This document shows positions 41,927-50,625 of a stretch of 64,000 bases of DNA, piece by piece. A program made the position numbers and the translations under genes. The notes under the pieces are model-generated. The model did no database searches. It had not been told where the DNA came from and saw only the letters and a list, made by a program, of their open reading frames with translations. Within the stretch, counting starts at the first letter, position 1. Every line of letters begins with the position of its first letter. The DNA is from an uncultured Acidimicrobiia bacterium (GTDB lineage: Bacteria > Actinomycetota > Acidimicrobiia > IMCC26256 > JAENVU01): positions 20,773 through 84,772 of the forward strand of contig CAWKBF010000001.1 of the NCBI GenBank assembly GCA_963847815.1. The letters run 5' to 3'.

Positions 41927-42730
41927 GTGGCGAACCCAGTACTCACTGACAAGCGGTTTGCGAAGACGGCTGACGAGCTCGAGCCGGGCTGGGCCGCACC
42001 GACGCGACCTGGCTCCGGGTCGGTCCCACCACCTCCGGGTCCCGCTCCGACCGCGGCGACGATGTCCGCGAACGGGACCTTCGCGAAGACTTTCTTCCTC
42101 TGGGTCCTCCTCGTGGTCGGCGGTGCATTCGGCTGGTCGCAGGTCAAGGTCGACTCGGTTGGCACCGTCTCTCTGCCGGGCTGGATCTTCATCCCGCTGT
42201 TCGTCGCGCTCGGGCTCGCGTTCGCGTGCATCTTCAAGCCTCAGACGGCGCGGTTCACCGCTCCGCTCTACGCCCTCGCCGAAGGGGTGTTCCTCGGCGC
42301 GATCTCGCGGCTCTACGAAGCGCAGTGGAGCGGCATCGTCCTGCAGGCCGTCCTCGCCACCCTCGCGGTGTTCATCGTGTGCCTCGCGTTGTACGTCAGT
42401 GGCGCGGTGAAGGTCACGAACAAGTTCATCTTCGTGGTGATCGCCGCGACGGCGGGCATCTTCGTGCTCTACATCGTGTCGTTCCTGCTCTCGATCTTCG
42501 GAGTCGACCTGGAGTTCATCAACAGCCCGAGCCCACTGGGGATCGGGATCAGCGTCGTCATCTGCTTCGTCGCCGCGCTGAACCTGTTCATCGACTTCGA
42601 GATGATCCGGCGCATGGTGGTGGCCGGCGCGCCCAAGGGAATGGAGTGGTACGGCGCCTTCGGCATCACGGTCACGATCGTGTGGCTGTACCTCGAGGTG
42701 CTGCGCCTCGTCTCCAAGCTCCGCGGCTAG
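41927..42730 (+). CDS. Bax inhibitor-1 / YccA-like membrane protein
   Basis: This is ORF 41927..42730 with a GTG start. A Pro-rich cytoplasmic N-terminus is followed by seven hydrophobic segments, and it ends in a charged LRLVSKLRG tail. Confidence 0.8.
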   Translation: MANPVLTDKRFAKTADELEPGWAAPTRPGSGSVPPPPGPAPTAATMSANGTFAKTFFLWVLLVVGGAFGWSQVKVDSVGTVSLPGWIFIPLFVALGLAFACIFKPQTARFTAPLYALAEGVFLGAISRLYEAQWSGIVLQAVLATLAVFIVCLALYVSGAVKVTNKFIFVVIAATAGIFVLYIVSFLLSIFGVDLEFINSPSPLGIGISVVICFVAALNLFIDFEMIRRMVVAGAPKGMEWYGAFGITVTIVWLYLEVLRLVSKLRG

Positions 42731-43263
42731 GCCAGGGTCACCTTCAGCGCCTCGGCGCGGACCCAGGGCCCGACGAGCGGTCCGAGTCGGTCCTGCACCG
42801 CAGCGGTCAGCTCTCGGTCCTCCGGCGACCACACTCGCGCGGGACCGAACGTGCACGGCTCGAGGATCCCGACGAGCTCACCACCGTCGTAGACCGGCGC
42901 GTGGATGAACGCGGTGTGCTTGTAGTCGCGCCGCTCGAACTCGATGTTGACGACGTCCGGTCCCTCGGTCTCGACGTCTTCGATGAAGACCGCGACCGGG
43001 GTGCGTGACGCGATGCCCATCAACGGGTCGAAGGTGAAGAGGTCATCGGGCTCCGCCGCCCAGGGGCGATGCTTGTCGTCCCACTTCGGATCCGCGGACC
43101 ATGACGACACGACGCTGCCGGTAGCCGTCCCCGGATCGCGCACGTAGATGAAGCACCGCTCGGCGTCGAGCACCTCGCAGTAGGCGGGCATCAAGGCATC
43201 AAGCACGTCCTGGGGATCGTCGAGCGCGAACGCCGCTTCGATCACGGGGGGAAGGGCGGTCAC
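42727..43263 (-). CDS. Stand-alone GAF-domain protein
   Basis: This is ORF 42727..43263 with a GTG start and a GGAGA RBS. The sequence pattern CFIYVRD...AVFIEDV...HAPVYDGGELVGIL is GAF-like by eye. Confidence 0.7.
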   Translation of the reverse strand: MTALPPVIEAAFALDDPQDVLDALMPAYCEVLDAERCFIYVRDPGTATGSVVSSWSADPKWDDKHRPWAAEPDDLFTFDPLMGIASRTPVAVFIEDVETEGPDVVNIEFERRDYKHTAFIHAPVYDGGELVGILEPCTFGPARVWSPEDRELTAAVQDRLGPLVGPWVRAEALKVTLA

Positions 43264-43372
43264 AGGGGGTCTCCTCGGTCGCGTGCGAGCAGGCGCAGCG
43301 TGGCTGATCCCTGAGTCGGTGGGACGGCGAGTGGGTTACGCCCCGGTTACGGGCGCAGTGTCATCCGGGCAC

Positions 43373-44617
43373 CTACCGCTCGCCGCGGAGGCTGCGAACG
43401 ACGGCAGCGGCGGTCCGACCGCCGCTGAACAACGCGCCCTGGATGGATGCGGTGTCGCGGTGATCGCCGCACACGAACACGTGGTCGCCGAGCGCGACGA
43501 GCTGCTTGGGATGGAACGGGGGCCGCTGCGCGGGCTGGCCGTGGGTGATGACGTCCGTGCGGAGGAGGTCCCACTCCGCAACCGTCGATCCGAACCACTC
43601 GGCGAGCTGTTCACGCACCCGCGCCGAGATCGTCGGGTCGAGCGCGGTGGGACCCGGGACGGCGGCGGCGACGAGGGCTCGACCATCGGGCGCGTATGAC
43701 GATGACACCTCGCTCATCACCGCGAGGTTCGTCGCCGGTCCGCGGGACTCACCGTTCAGGATGAGCACCGGGCCGGGGAGGGGAGCGCCGGGGGCGGCGA
43801 ACCAGCAGCACGCCGCGGCTCGCGACCCTGGATCAGGGACCCGATCGCCCAAGAGCCGGTGCGCGGCCGGTCCTTCGGTCGCGACGACGACGGACCGAGC
43901 AGGAACGCGCTCGCCGCCTTCCAGCCGGACGCCTGCGCCGTCGACCTCAGTGACGCGCGCGCCTAGGCGCACGGTCCCCGGAGGGAGGGAATCGCCGAGC
44001 TGCCGCGGGATTGCCCCCATCCCGAGGCGCGGCACTGCGGTCGAACCTGCGGCCAGCATGCGGAGGATCGTGTCGAAGCGACGACTCGACACCTCGAGGT
44101 CCGGATCGAGCTGGATGCCGGAGAACAGCGGCCGCCAGAACGTCTCGACCATCCGGTCCGAGAACCCCACACCGGCGAGCCGATCCGCGGTGGTCATGTC
44201 CGGGCGGCGCAGCAGGCTGGGAACGGAATGCGAACGCACGTCGAGGACCAGCCGCAGGACGCGCAGCTTGTCGGCCGGCGTCCCGACCGGTGCCCGCAGT
44301 GTCGAGAAGATCTGGTTGGGTCGGCGCAGCGGATCCGCGACGCGGTGGAAGGCCCCGTCGATCCGGATGGTCGCGCCCGGCTCGAAGGGCTGGAGGTCGA
44401 GCGCGTCGAGGTCCAGCCGCGCGGCGACCTCGGGGTAGGCAGTCAGCAGGATCTGGAAGCCGCGGTCGAGTCGGAAGCCGTCGACGAGATCCGTCCGCAC
44501 CCGGCCGCCGATGCCGTCGGAGGCTTCGAGCACCGTGCACTCGACGCCAGCTCGGGTGAGATCCTGCGCGCACGCGAGCCCGGCGAGGCCGGCGCCGACG
44601 ATCACCACCTCGTTCAC
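43373..44617 (-). CDS. FAD-dependent amine-oxidase / protoporphyrinogen-oxidase-like oxidoreductase
   Basis: This is ORF 43373..44617 with a GTG start that overlaps the upstream stop. The motif is VVIVGAGLAGLACA...VLEASDGIGGRV. Confidence 0.85.
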   Translation of the reverse strand: MNEVVIVGAGLAGLACAQDLTRAGVECTVLEASDGIGGRVRTDLVDGFRLDRGFQILLTAYPEVAARLDLDALDLQPFEPGATIRIDGAFHRVADPLRRPNQIFSTLRAPVGTPADKLRVLRLVLDVRSHSVPSLLRRPDMTTADRLAGVGFSDRMVETFWRPLFSGIQLDPDLEVSSRRFDTILRMLAAGSTAVPRLGMGAIPRQLGDSLPPGTVRLGARVTEVDGAGVRLEGGERVPARSVVVATEGPAAHRLLGDRVPDPGSRAAACCWFAAPGAPLPGPVLILNGESRGPATNLAVMSEVSSSYAPDGRALVAAAVPGPTALDPTISARVREQLAEWFGSTVAEWDLLRTDVITHGQPAQRPPFHPKQLVALGDHVFVCGDHRDTASIQGALFSGGRTAAAVVRSLRGER

Positions 44618-45123
44618 CAGGATCGGCTCCCGGGTTCGCCCTTGAAGGGCCCGACGATCGCGTCCGTGATCCAGCCGCCGTAGAAGCCCCCGGCCTGAGG
44701 TCGAACGAGCTCGTCACCGACCCGGCACTCGTCCATGAGACCCGGGTAGAACGCGACCATTCCAGTGAGCGCCCGGTAGCTCGGCAACGGATCCGCGTAA
44801 CCCCAGGCGGCGCGGTGCACGACCGGACCGTTGCCCTTCACGCCGAAGTACTGGGCGACGCCCTTCCATTCACAGAAGCTCGACCCGGCATCGAGGAGCA
44901 GCGCGCCGGCGCGGATGTCGTCGAACGGGAAGTAGTAGTTCGGCGGGTGGCTGGTCTCCAGCACCCGAACTCCCGCGACCGTGTCGGCGATGGTCACGCC
45001 GTCGAGCACCACGCGGAGTCGTGCCGGAACCCGCTCGAGTGCGGGCGGGCGGGGATAGTCCCAGACGGATTCCTGGCCGGGCGCGGGTTCGATCCGAGCC
45101 GATCGGGGCGGGTGTCCGGACAT
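44614..45123 (-). CDS. DUF427-domain protein
   Basis: This is ORF 44614..45123. The motifs are YYFPFDD and CEWKGVAQYF. It is translationally coupled to the downstream oxidoreductase. Confidence 0.8.
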   Translation of the reverse strand: MSGHPPRSARIEPAPGQESVWDYPRPPALERVPARLRVVLDGVTIADTVAGVRVLETSHPPNYYFPFDDIRAGALLLDAGSSFCEWKGVAQYFGVKGNGPVVHRAAWGYADPLPSYRALTGMVAFYPGLMDECRVGDELVRPQAGGFYGGWITDAIVGPFKGEPGSRSW

Positions 45124-45171
45124 GCAGGAGATACGACGCCGATCGTCCGTGTGGATGGCTGCGGCGGCTGG

Positions 45172-46185
45172 TCAGGTGGCGTGGAGGTCTGCGACGACCG
45201 AAGCAAAGTGCGCCGGATCGGGCGCACGGTTGTTCACGAGGCTCACCGAGCCGGAGATGCCGGCGAGTCGTTCGACGATCTTCGGCGCGATCTCGTCCGG
45301 CTCGCCGACGACCGCGATGGTCTCGATGAGGTCGTCGTCGATCAGCCCCGCCATCTCCTGCCACCGGTCGTCGCGCGCCAGCGCCTTGAGCTCGGGGTGC
45401 AGCGCTCCGTAGCCGTGCAGCTCGAACACGGGGAGGTAAGCGGGAGTGGTGCCGTAGAACGCGAGCTGCGCGCGTACCGCTTCCCGACTGCGCGAGAGCT
45501 CCTCCTCGGTCTGCCCGGTCACCACGATCGTCACGCACACCACTTCGATGTCGTCCACGATCCTTCCGGCGCGGTCCGCGCCGAGCGCGAGTGCGGGCAA
45601 CGTCAGCTCCAGCAAGGACTGGCGCGAGTTGACCGGGTGCACCAGGAACCCGTCGGCGACCTCGCCGGCCACCGCGGTCATCTGCGGTCCGAATCCCGCG
45701 GTCAGGATGCGCGGCGGTCCATGCGCGTTCGGGCCCGGGTCGAACGCCGGGATCATCCGCGTGTGCGTGTAGAAGTCGCCGTCGAAGTGCAGCGGAACGC
45801 CGTCCTGCCAGGTCGCCCAGATGGCGCGGATCCCCGAGACGAGCTCCCGCATCCGCGCGACCGGCTTGGACCAGGGCATCGAGAACCGCTCCTCGATGTG
45901 GGGCCGGATCTGCGAGCCGAGCCCGAGCACGAAGCGCCCACCGGTGACCGTCTGGAGATCCCACGCCGTGTTCGCGAGCGTCATCGGCGTGCGGGCGAAC
46001 CCGATCGCGATGGCCGTACCGAGCTCGATCGTGGACGTGTGCTCGCCCGCGACGGCCAGCGGGATGAACGGATCGTGCTTGGCCTCGAACGAGAACGCCC
46101 GGTCGTAGCCGATCGCCTCCAGCGCCGGATACAGCGTCCGGACGTCGCGCAGATCCTCGGTCGGAACCGTCATCGAAACGTGCAC
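45172..46185 (-). CDS. Luciferase-like (LLM class) F420-dependent oxidoreductase
   Basis: This is ORF 45172..46185; ATG 46173 is an alternative start. It shows the LLM pattern GTAIAIGFARTPM...GRFVLGLGSQ... Confidence 0.85.
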   Translation of the reverse strand: MHVSMTVPTEDLRDVRTLYPALEAIGYDRAFSFEAKHDPFIPLAVAGEHTSTIELGTAIAIGFARTPMTLANTAWDLQTVTGGRFVLGLGSQIRPHIEERFSMPWSKPVARMRELVSGIRAIWATWQDGVPLHFDGDFYTHTRMIPAFDPGPNAHGPPRILTAGFGPQMTAVAGEVADGFLVHPVNSRQSLLELTLPALALGADRAGRIVDDIEVVCVTIVVTGQTEEELSRSREAVRAQLAFYGTTPAYLPVFELHGYGALHPELKALARDDRWQEMAGLIDDDLIETIAVVGEPDEIAPKIVERLAGISGSVSLVNNRAPDPAHFASVVADLHAT

Positions 46186-46230
46186 CGCCGCACGCTAGGT
46201 CGGGGTTCCGAGATTTTCTTGGAGCTCTTT

Positions 46231-46256
46231 GGAACTTTCGCTCTGACCGTCCCGTC
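46231..46256 (+). promoter_or_regulatory. ECF-sigma-type promoter candidate (GGAAC-N17-CGTC) upstream of the serine protease gene
   Basis: GGAAC lies at 46231-46235 and CGTC at 46253-46256, 34 nt before ATG 46290. Over 40 nt it matches the element at 50561 at 34 of 40 positions, with identical spacing. Confidence 0.6.
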
Positions 46257-46289
46257 GTCCCAATCGACACACCGACTGAGGAGGACACC

Positions 46290-47663
46290 ATGAGCAACCC
46301 CACCACCACCAAGCACCGCATCCGCATCCTGGCCGCCGGAATCACCGTCGCACTGGCCGGGACCGTCTTCGTCGCTCCGGCCGCAGACGCCGCGAGCACC
46401 CACCACCGCACCAAGCAGGTGACCGGCTCGGGCCTGCTGCGCCGCGCCGGCCACGACTTCACCAAGGCCGAGATGCTGAGCGCCACGCCCGTCGATCTCA
46501 CCGCCGCTCCCGGCACGAGCGACGCACCCCAGGTCCTCAGCCGGGCGATCAACCCCAAGAGGAAGGCGATCATGGTCAAGGGGGCGGACACCGCAGGGCC
46601 ACTGGCCCGGGCCCGCATCCAGGCCCGGACCCGGTTCGGCGCCCCGAAGGGCAACCTCCAGAGCGACTGGATCTGCGACACGCAGAACCCGATCGGCGTC
46701 GGTCTCGGTGGCCCCGGCTACTGCGACGACGCGACGGCACCGGTCGACGAGCCGTCGATCGACCCGAGCTCCTACGAGCCCAGCTCCTACAACCCCGTGC
46801 AGAGCCCGATCCAGGTCCCGACCGACATCACCCCGGAGCCCACCCCGGCACCGGCGCCGGAGCCGACCCCGGAGCCGACGCCGGCACCGGCGCCCGAGCC
46901 GCAGCCCGCTCCGGCACCGGCGCAGCCCGACGCCCGCACCTGGGACTACTCCCGGGTCACGTGGGGCACCGACCAGTCGAACCTGGTCACCCGCACCACC
47001 GGCCGCATCTTCTGGGACGAGGGCACGAGCCTGCACTTCTGCACCGGCACGGTCGTCAACACTGCCAACCAGAGCGTGGTCTGGACCGCAGGCCACTGCG
47101 TGCACAGCGGCGCCGGCGGGACGTTCCACAACACCAACTGGCGCTTCGTTCCGGGCTACGACAACGGCAACGCCCCGTACGGCCAGTTCCCTGCTCGTGA
47201 GCTGTGGAGCACCAACCAGTGGATGCAGAACGGTGGCGAGCACGGCCCGTTCCTCGAGGACTTCGGCGCCGGCATCGTGGGCCGTGACGGCCAGGGTCGG
47301 ACGCTCATGCAGGCCGTGAACGGTGGCCAGGGCATCCTCTTCAACCAGGCGGTCGACCAGACCTTCGTGCAGGTCGGCTACCCGGGTGAGGGCCAGTTCG
47401 ACGGCTCGGTGGCGTACGCCTGCCTCAACCACACCGCCGAGGTCCAGGCCGAGACGGACGGCACGACGCCCACCCAGATCGGCGTCGGCTGCGACATGAC
47501 CGGCGGCTCGAGCGGTGGCCCGTGGCTCATCGGCCTCCAGAGCAACGGGGTCGGCTACGTGAACAGCGTGACGAGCAACGGTTCCGCACTCACGCCGCAG
47601 ATGCACGGTGCCTACCAGGGGGCCAACGCCTACACCCTCTTCCAGTCGGTCGCCTCCCGCTAG
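46290..47663 (+). CDS. Secreted trypsin-like serine peptidase with a Pro-rich linker
   Basis: This is ORF 46290..47663 with a GAGGAGG RBS. It has a signal peptide (RIRILAAGITVALAGTVFVAPAADA), the catalytic His in TAGHC and the catalytic Ser in GGSSGGP. Confidence 0.85.
   Translation: MSNPTTTKHRIRILAAGITVALAGTVFVAPAADAASTHHRTKQVTGSGLLRRAGHDFTKAEMLSATPVDLTAAPGTSDAPQVLSRAINPKRKAIMVKGADTAGPLARARIQARTRFGAPKGNLQSDWICDTQNPIGVGLGGPGYCDDATAPVDEPSIDPSSYEPSSYNPVQSPIQVPTDITPEPTPAPAPEPTPEPTPAPAPEPQPAPAPAQPDARTWDYSRVTWGTDQSNLVTRTTGRIFWDEGTSLHFCTGTVVNTANQSVVWTAGHCVHSGAGGTFHNTNWRFVPGYDNGNAPYGQFPARELWSTNQWMQNGGEHGPFLEDFGAGIVGRDGQGRTLMQAVNGGQGILFNQAVDQTFVQVGYPGEGQFDGSVAYACLNHTAEVQAETDGTTPTQIGVGCDMTGGSSGGPWLIGLQSNGVGYVNSVTSNGSALTPQMHGAYQGANAYTLFQSVASR
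46833..46928 (+). repeat. In-frame Pro-rich tandem repeat (PEPTPAPA-type linker)
   Basis: It translates to PEPTPAPAPEPTPEPTPAPAPEPQPAPAPAQP. The repeats are imperfect 6-24 nt CCG/GAG/CCC units. Confidence 0.7.
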
Positions 47664-47691
47664 GCGCACCGCAGCACCGCACCACCGGGTC

Positions 47692-47715
47692 GGGCCCCAC
47701 CTTCGGGTGGGGCCC
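47692..47715. terminator. Perfect 10-bp GC hairpin with a UUCG loop between convergent genes
   Basis: The sequence is GGGCCCCACC-TTCG-GGTGGGGCCC. It lies 29 nt after the protease stop and 106 nt after the convergent sigma gene stop. There is no clear T-tract. Confidence 0.55.
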
Positions 47716-47820
47716 ACTCGCGTCTCCACCGGGTCGAACCGCCCTCGGCCGCCGGCTCAGAGGCGGTCCAGTGATTGGGCCGAGGGAGACCTTCGGAATC
47801 AGGCCGTGGGAGATCTTCGG

Positions 47821-48381
47821 CTAGTCCGAGAGCATCTGGACGAGCATCTCGCGACCCCGGGCGATGCGCGAGCGGACCGTCCCGATCGGGATCCCGAGGA
47901 CCTCCGCGATGTCGGAGTACTCGAGGTCGCCGATCTCGCGCATCACCACGGCCTCGCGGTAGTCCTCCGGGAGCTGTTCGAGCGCCCGGTCCACGTCGAG
48001 GCGGGTCCGGATGATCGTCGACGTCCCGCTGGACGGGCTGACGATCTGGGAGAGGTGATCGGCCGCCTCTTCCCGTCGGTAGGCCCGGCGGTGCAGGTCG
48101 ATCGATGCGTTCGTCGCGATCCGGTACACCCAGGCGCCGAAGTCGTTGCGCCCCTCGAACGACCCGATGTGCCGGGTGATCGAGATCATCGCCTCCTGCC
48201 GGGCGTCGGCTGCGTCCTGCGGGTTGCGCAGGATCTTTCGGCAGATGAGGCCGATCCGGTCCTGGTGGCGTGCGAGCAGGGTGTCGAGCGCGGTTGCGTC
48301 GCCGGCCGCAGCCTTTCGTGCGAGCTCGAGATCCTCGCGGGCCGCGGCGTCGTCAGCACTGCGCTCGCCGCCGTCCGCCAT
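47821..48381 (-). CDS. ECF-family RNA polymerase sigma factor
   Basis: This is the last 186 codons of ORF 47821..49071, from ATG 48381. Region 2 reads DAADARQEAMISITRHIGSFEGRNDFGAWVYRIATNASIDLHRR. Region 4 reads LPEDYREAVVMREIGDLEYSDIAEVLGIPIGTVRSRIARGR. Confidence 0.9.
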   Translation of the reverse strand: MADGGERSADDAAAREDLELARKAAAGDATALDTLLARHQDRIGLICRKILRNPQDAADARQEAMISITRHIGSFEGRNDFGAWVYRIATNASIDLHRRAYRREEAADHLSQIVSPSSGTSTIIRTRLDVDRALEQLPEDYREAVVMREIGDLEYSDIAEVLGIPIGTVRSRIARGREMLVQMLSD

Positions 48382-48471
48382 GGCCGCAGCGTAGTGGCGC
48401 GTCTGCAGACCGTGATTTTCGCGATGGTACGGTGCGTGGTCCGTTCGCGACACGGGGTGCTGGCGGGACGC

Positions 48472-50379
48472 ATGGCGACACCGAGGCAGATCGGGCGCTA
48501 CCGGGTGGAGCGGCTCCTCGGGACGGGCAGCTTCGCGACCGTCTGGCTCGCGTACGACCCGGGGCTCGACGGTCGGGTCGCGCTGAAGATCCTCGCGGAG
48601 AACTGGAGCCTCGACGACGACGTGAAGCGTCGCTTCCTCGAGGAGGCGCGGATCCTGTGGCGGGCGCAGCACGACCGGATCGTGCGGGTGCACCTGGTCG
48701 AGCAGCACGAGGACCGACCGTTCTTCGTCATGGACTACGCGGATCGCGGCACGCTCCACGAACGCATCCGCGACCGCTACGCGCGCGCCGAGCCGTACTC
48801 GGTGGAGGAGGCCGTCGCGATGGCGCGCGAGATCGCCGAGTGCCTGACCGTGGCTCACGACCTCGGGATCGTGCACCGGGACCTGAAGCCGTCCAACATC
48901 CTGTTCCAATCCCTGCCCGGGCGACGATCGAGCACCGTGAGCGCGGAGCGGCTGATGCTCGCCGACTTCGGGCTGGCCCGTCGGCTCGAGTCCAACATCA
49001 ACCACACCGTGATCGCAGGCACCCCGGCGTACATGGCTCCGGAGCAGGGTGACGAGAAGCTCGCGGCACACGTCGACGAGCGGTCCGACATCTTCTCCGC
49101 CAACGCGATCCTCTACGAGCTGCTCGCGGGCGCGGCCCCGTTCAGCGGGCGCTCCATCGAGAGCGTCGGTGACGCGCAGCGCTACGAGCAGGTCCGCCAG
49201 CTACCCGCGCTGCGCGAAGACGTCCCGGACGCGCTCGACGAGGTGATCCAGCGCGGGCTCGCGTTCAACCCGGACGACCGGTACTCCTCCGCACTCGAAT
49301 GGGCCGACGCGCTCTCGGCGTCGCTCGTCCACGAGTCCGCGATCATCGCGGTGACGGACGAGGGCCCGGCGCAGCATGTGGCTCGGGTGACGCGGCGGTT
49401 GGCGGCCCACGTCGACGGCAGCCCGACCGCGGGTGCGGTGCACCAGGCGATCGACGAGCTCGCGTTGCCGGCACGCGTCGCACTGGTTGCGTCGTCCGCT
49501 CCGCTGGCCACCGAGCTTGCGGCCGCGCTCGCCTGCGACGACCTGGAGGTCGAGCCCGTCGTCGCGTGGGGGGACGAGAGTGCGCCCGTCCCGGACACGA
49601 CCGCCGACTCGGTGCTGGTCCTCCTGCCCGCGGATGCGGAGGACGCGGCGCGCCTCGTCGCGGGTGTTCGTGCGTCGGTCGCGCGCACGGCCGGAGGCCC
49701 GATCGCTGCGGTGGGTCTCGCCCCCGACATCGATCCGGTCCTCGCGACCCACCTTCGTGTCGATCTGGGCGCCACGTTGGTCACGGTGCTGGGAGTTGGC
49801 CTTCCGTTGGTGGTCGGTGGTGACGATGGGACCGATGACGACGGAACCGGCCCGGCCGGGCGTGATCCTTCGGAGCTCCTGTTCGCCGACTCGGGCGCGA
49901 CGGCTCTCACGGTCAGCGAGGTCGCCGCGGTCGTCCGGCACCTCGTCCGGGACCGTCGTTCGCTGCTGCGCGCGGACGGTGCCGTTGCGCTGCTTCGCCG
50001 TGCCGTCATCACCCACGCCGGTGATCCGGCCGCCGATGCGATCACGGACGCGATCGAGCGGCTCGAGCTCCTCCTCCCGGAGCTTCGGGAGCTCGAGGTG
50101 CTGCGGTCCGATCTGGCCGGGACGCTCCCCATTCCCGCCGAGCGCCAGGCCGAGCTCCGGCGCGTGCTGCTGGAAGTGGATCCGGCGCGCCGGCTCGGGC
50201 TCGCGGATGATGCTGATCCGGAAGCGCGCCGGGCCGCGGCACTCGAAGGCGGGGAGCGGTGGCGTCGGATCGCGGAGCGGATGCCGTACGCGGATCGCGA
50301 CTTCGGCCTGGTCGTGGCGCGGGCGCACGACCGCATCTGGCAGGAATCCACGCCTGGGCCGGATGGCCCCTTTCCGTGA
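48472..50379 (+). CDS. Ser/Thr protein kinase with a C-terminal region of about 350 aa of unknown function and no TM segment
   Basis: This is ATG 48472 within ORF 47608..50379. Hanks motifs are present: GTGSFATV, VALK, HRDLKPSNIL, DFG and TPAYMAPE. The rest is Ala/Leu/Asp-rich and soluble. Confidence 0.9.
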   Translation: MATPRQIGRYRVERLLGTGSFATVWLAYDPGLDGRVALKILAENWSLDDDVKRRFLEEARILWRAQHDRIVRVHLVEQHEDRPFFVMDYADRGTLHERIRDRYARAEPYSVEEAVAMAREIAECLTVAHDLGIVHRDLKPSNILFQSLPGRRSSTVSAERLMLADFGLARRLESNINHTVIAGTPAYMAPEQGDEKLAAHVDERSDIFSANAILYELLAGAAPFSGRSIESVGDAQRYEQVRQLPALREDVPDALDEVIQRGLAFNPDDRYSSALEWADALSASLVHESAIIAVTDEGPAQHVARVTRRLAAHVDGSPTAGAVHQAIDELALPARVALVASSAPLATELAAALACDDLEVEPVVAWGDESAPVPDTTADSVLVLLPADAEDAARLVAGVRASVARTAGGPIAAVGLAPDIDPVLATHLRVDLGATLVTVLGVGLPLVVGGDDGTDDDGTGPAGRDPSELLFADSGATALTVSEVAAVVRHLVRDRRSLLRADGAVALLRRAVITHAGDPAADAITDAIERLELLLPELRELEVLRSDLAGTLPIPAERQAELRRVLLEVDPARRLGLADDADPEARRAAALEGGERWRRIAERMPYADRDFGLVVARAHDRIWQESTPGPDGPFP

Positions 50380-50560
50380 TCCGTTGCGCGCGTGTTGTGG
50401 CATTTCGTCACCTCGGCGACTAACCTCCCGCCTTCGGGAGTTGGGTGAAGTGGGCGGTTTCATGCGGGAACGGCGGGCGACGGCGGCACGGTGCGCGCGT
50501 CGAGCCGCGCCCAGATCCACCCTCCGATCCGGGGGCAGCAGCGGGCTCCGAAGAAATCCG

Positions 50561-50586
50561 GGAACTTTCGCGGCGACCCTCCCGTC
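50561..50586 (+). promoter_or_regulatory. ECF-sigma-type promoter candidate (GGAAC-N17-CGTC) upstream of the FHA-protease gene
   Basis: GGAAC lies at 50561-50565 and CGTC at 50583-50586, 40 nt before ATG 50626. It is near-identical to the element at 46231. Confidence 0.6.
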
Positions 50587-50625
50587 GTCCCGATCGAGAC
50601 CCACTCACCAGGAGGATCGATTCCC

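Noticed and set aside
47608-48471. N-terminal 288-codon extension of the kinase ORF.
   Set aside because: It is antisense to the ECF sigma gene and low in complexity. The kinase motifs begin right after ATG 48472.
48382-48471. I looked for a copy of the GGAACTTTCGC...CGTCGTCC element in the sigma/kinase divergent spacer, which would indicate autoregulation.
   Set aside because: Only a loose GCGAAC...TCGC on the minus strand is present, with no convincing match. Autoregulation of the sigma gene is therefore not supported by the sequence.
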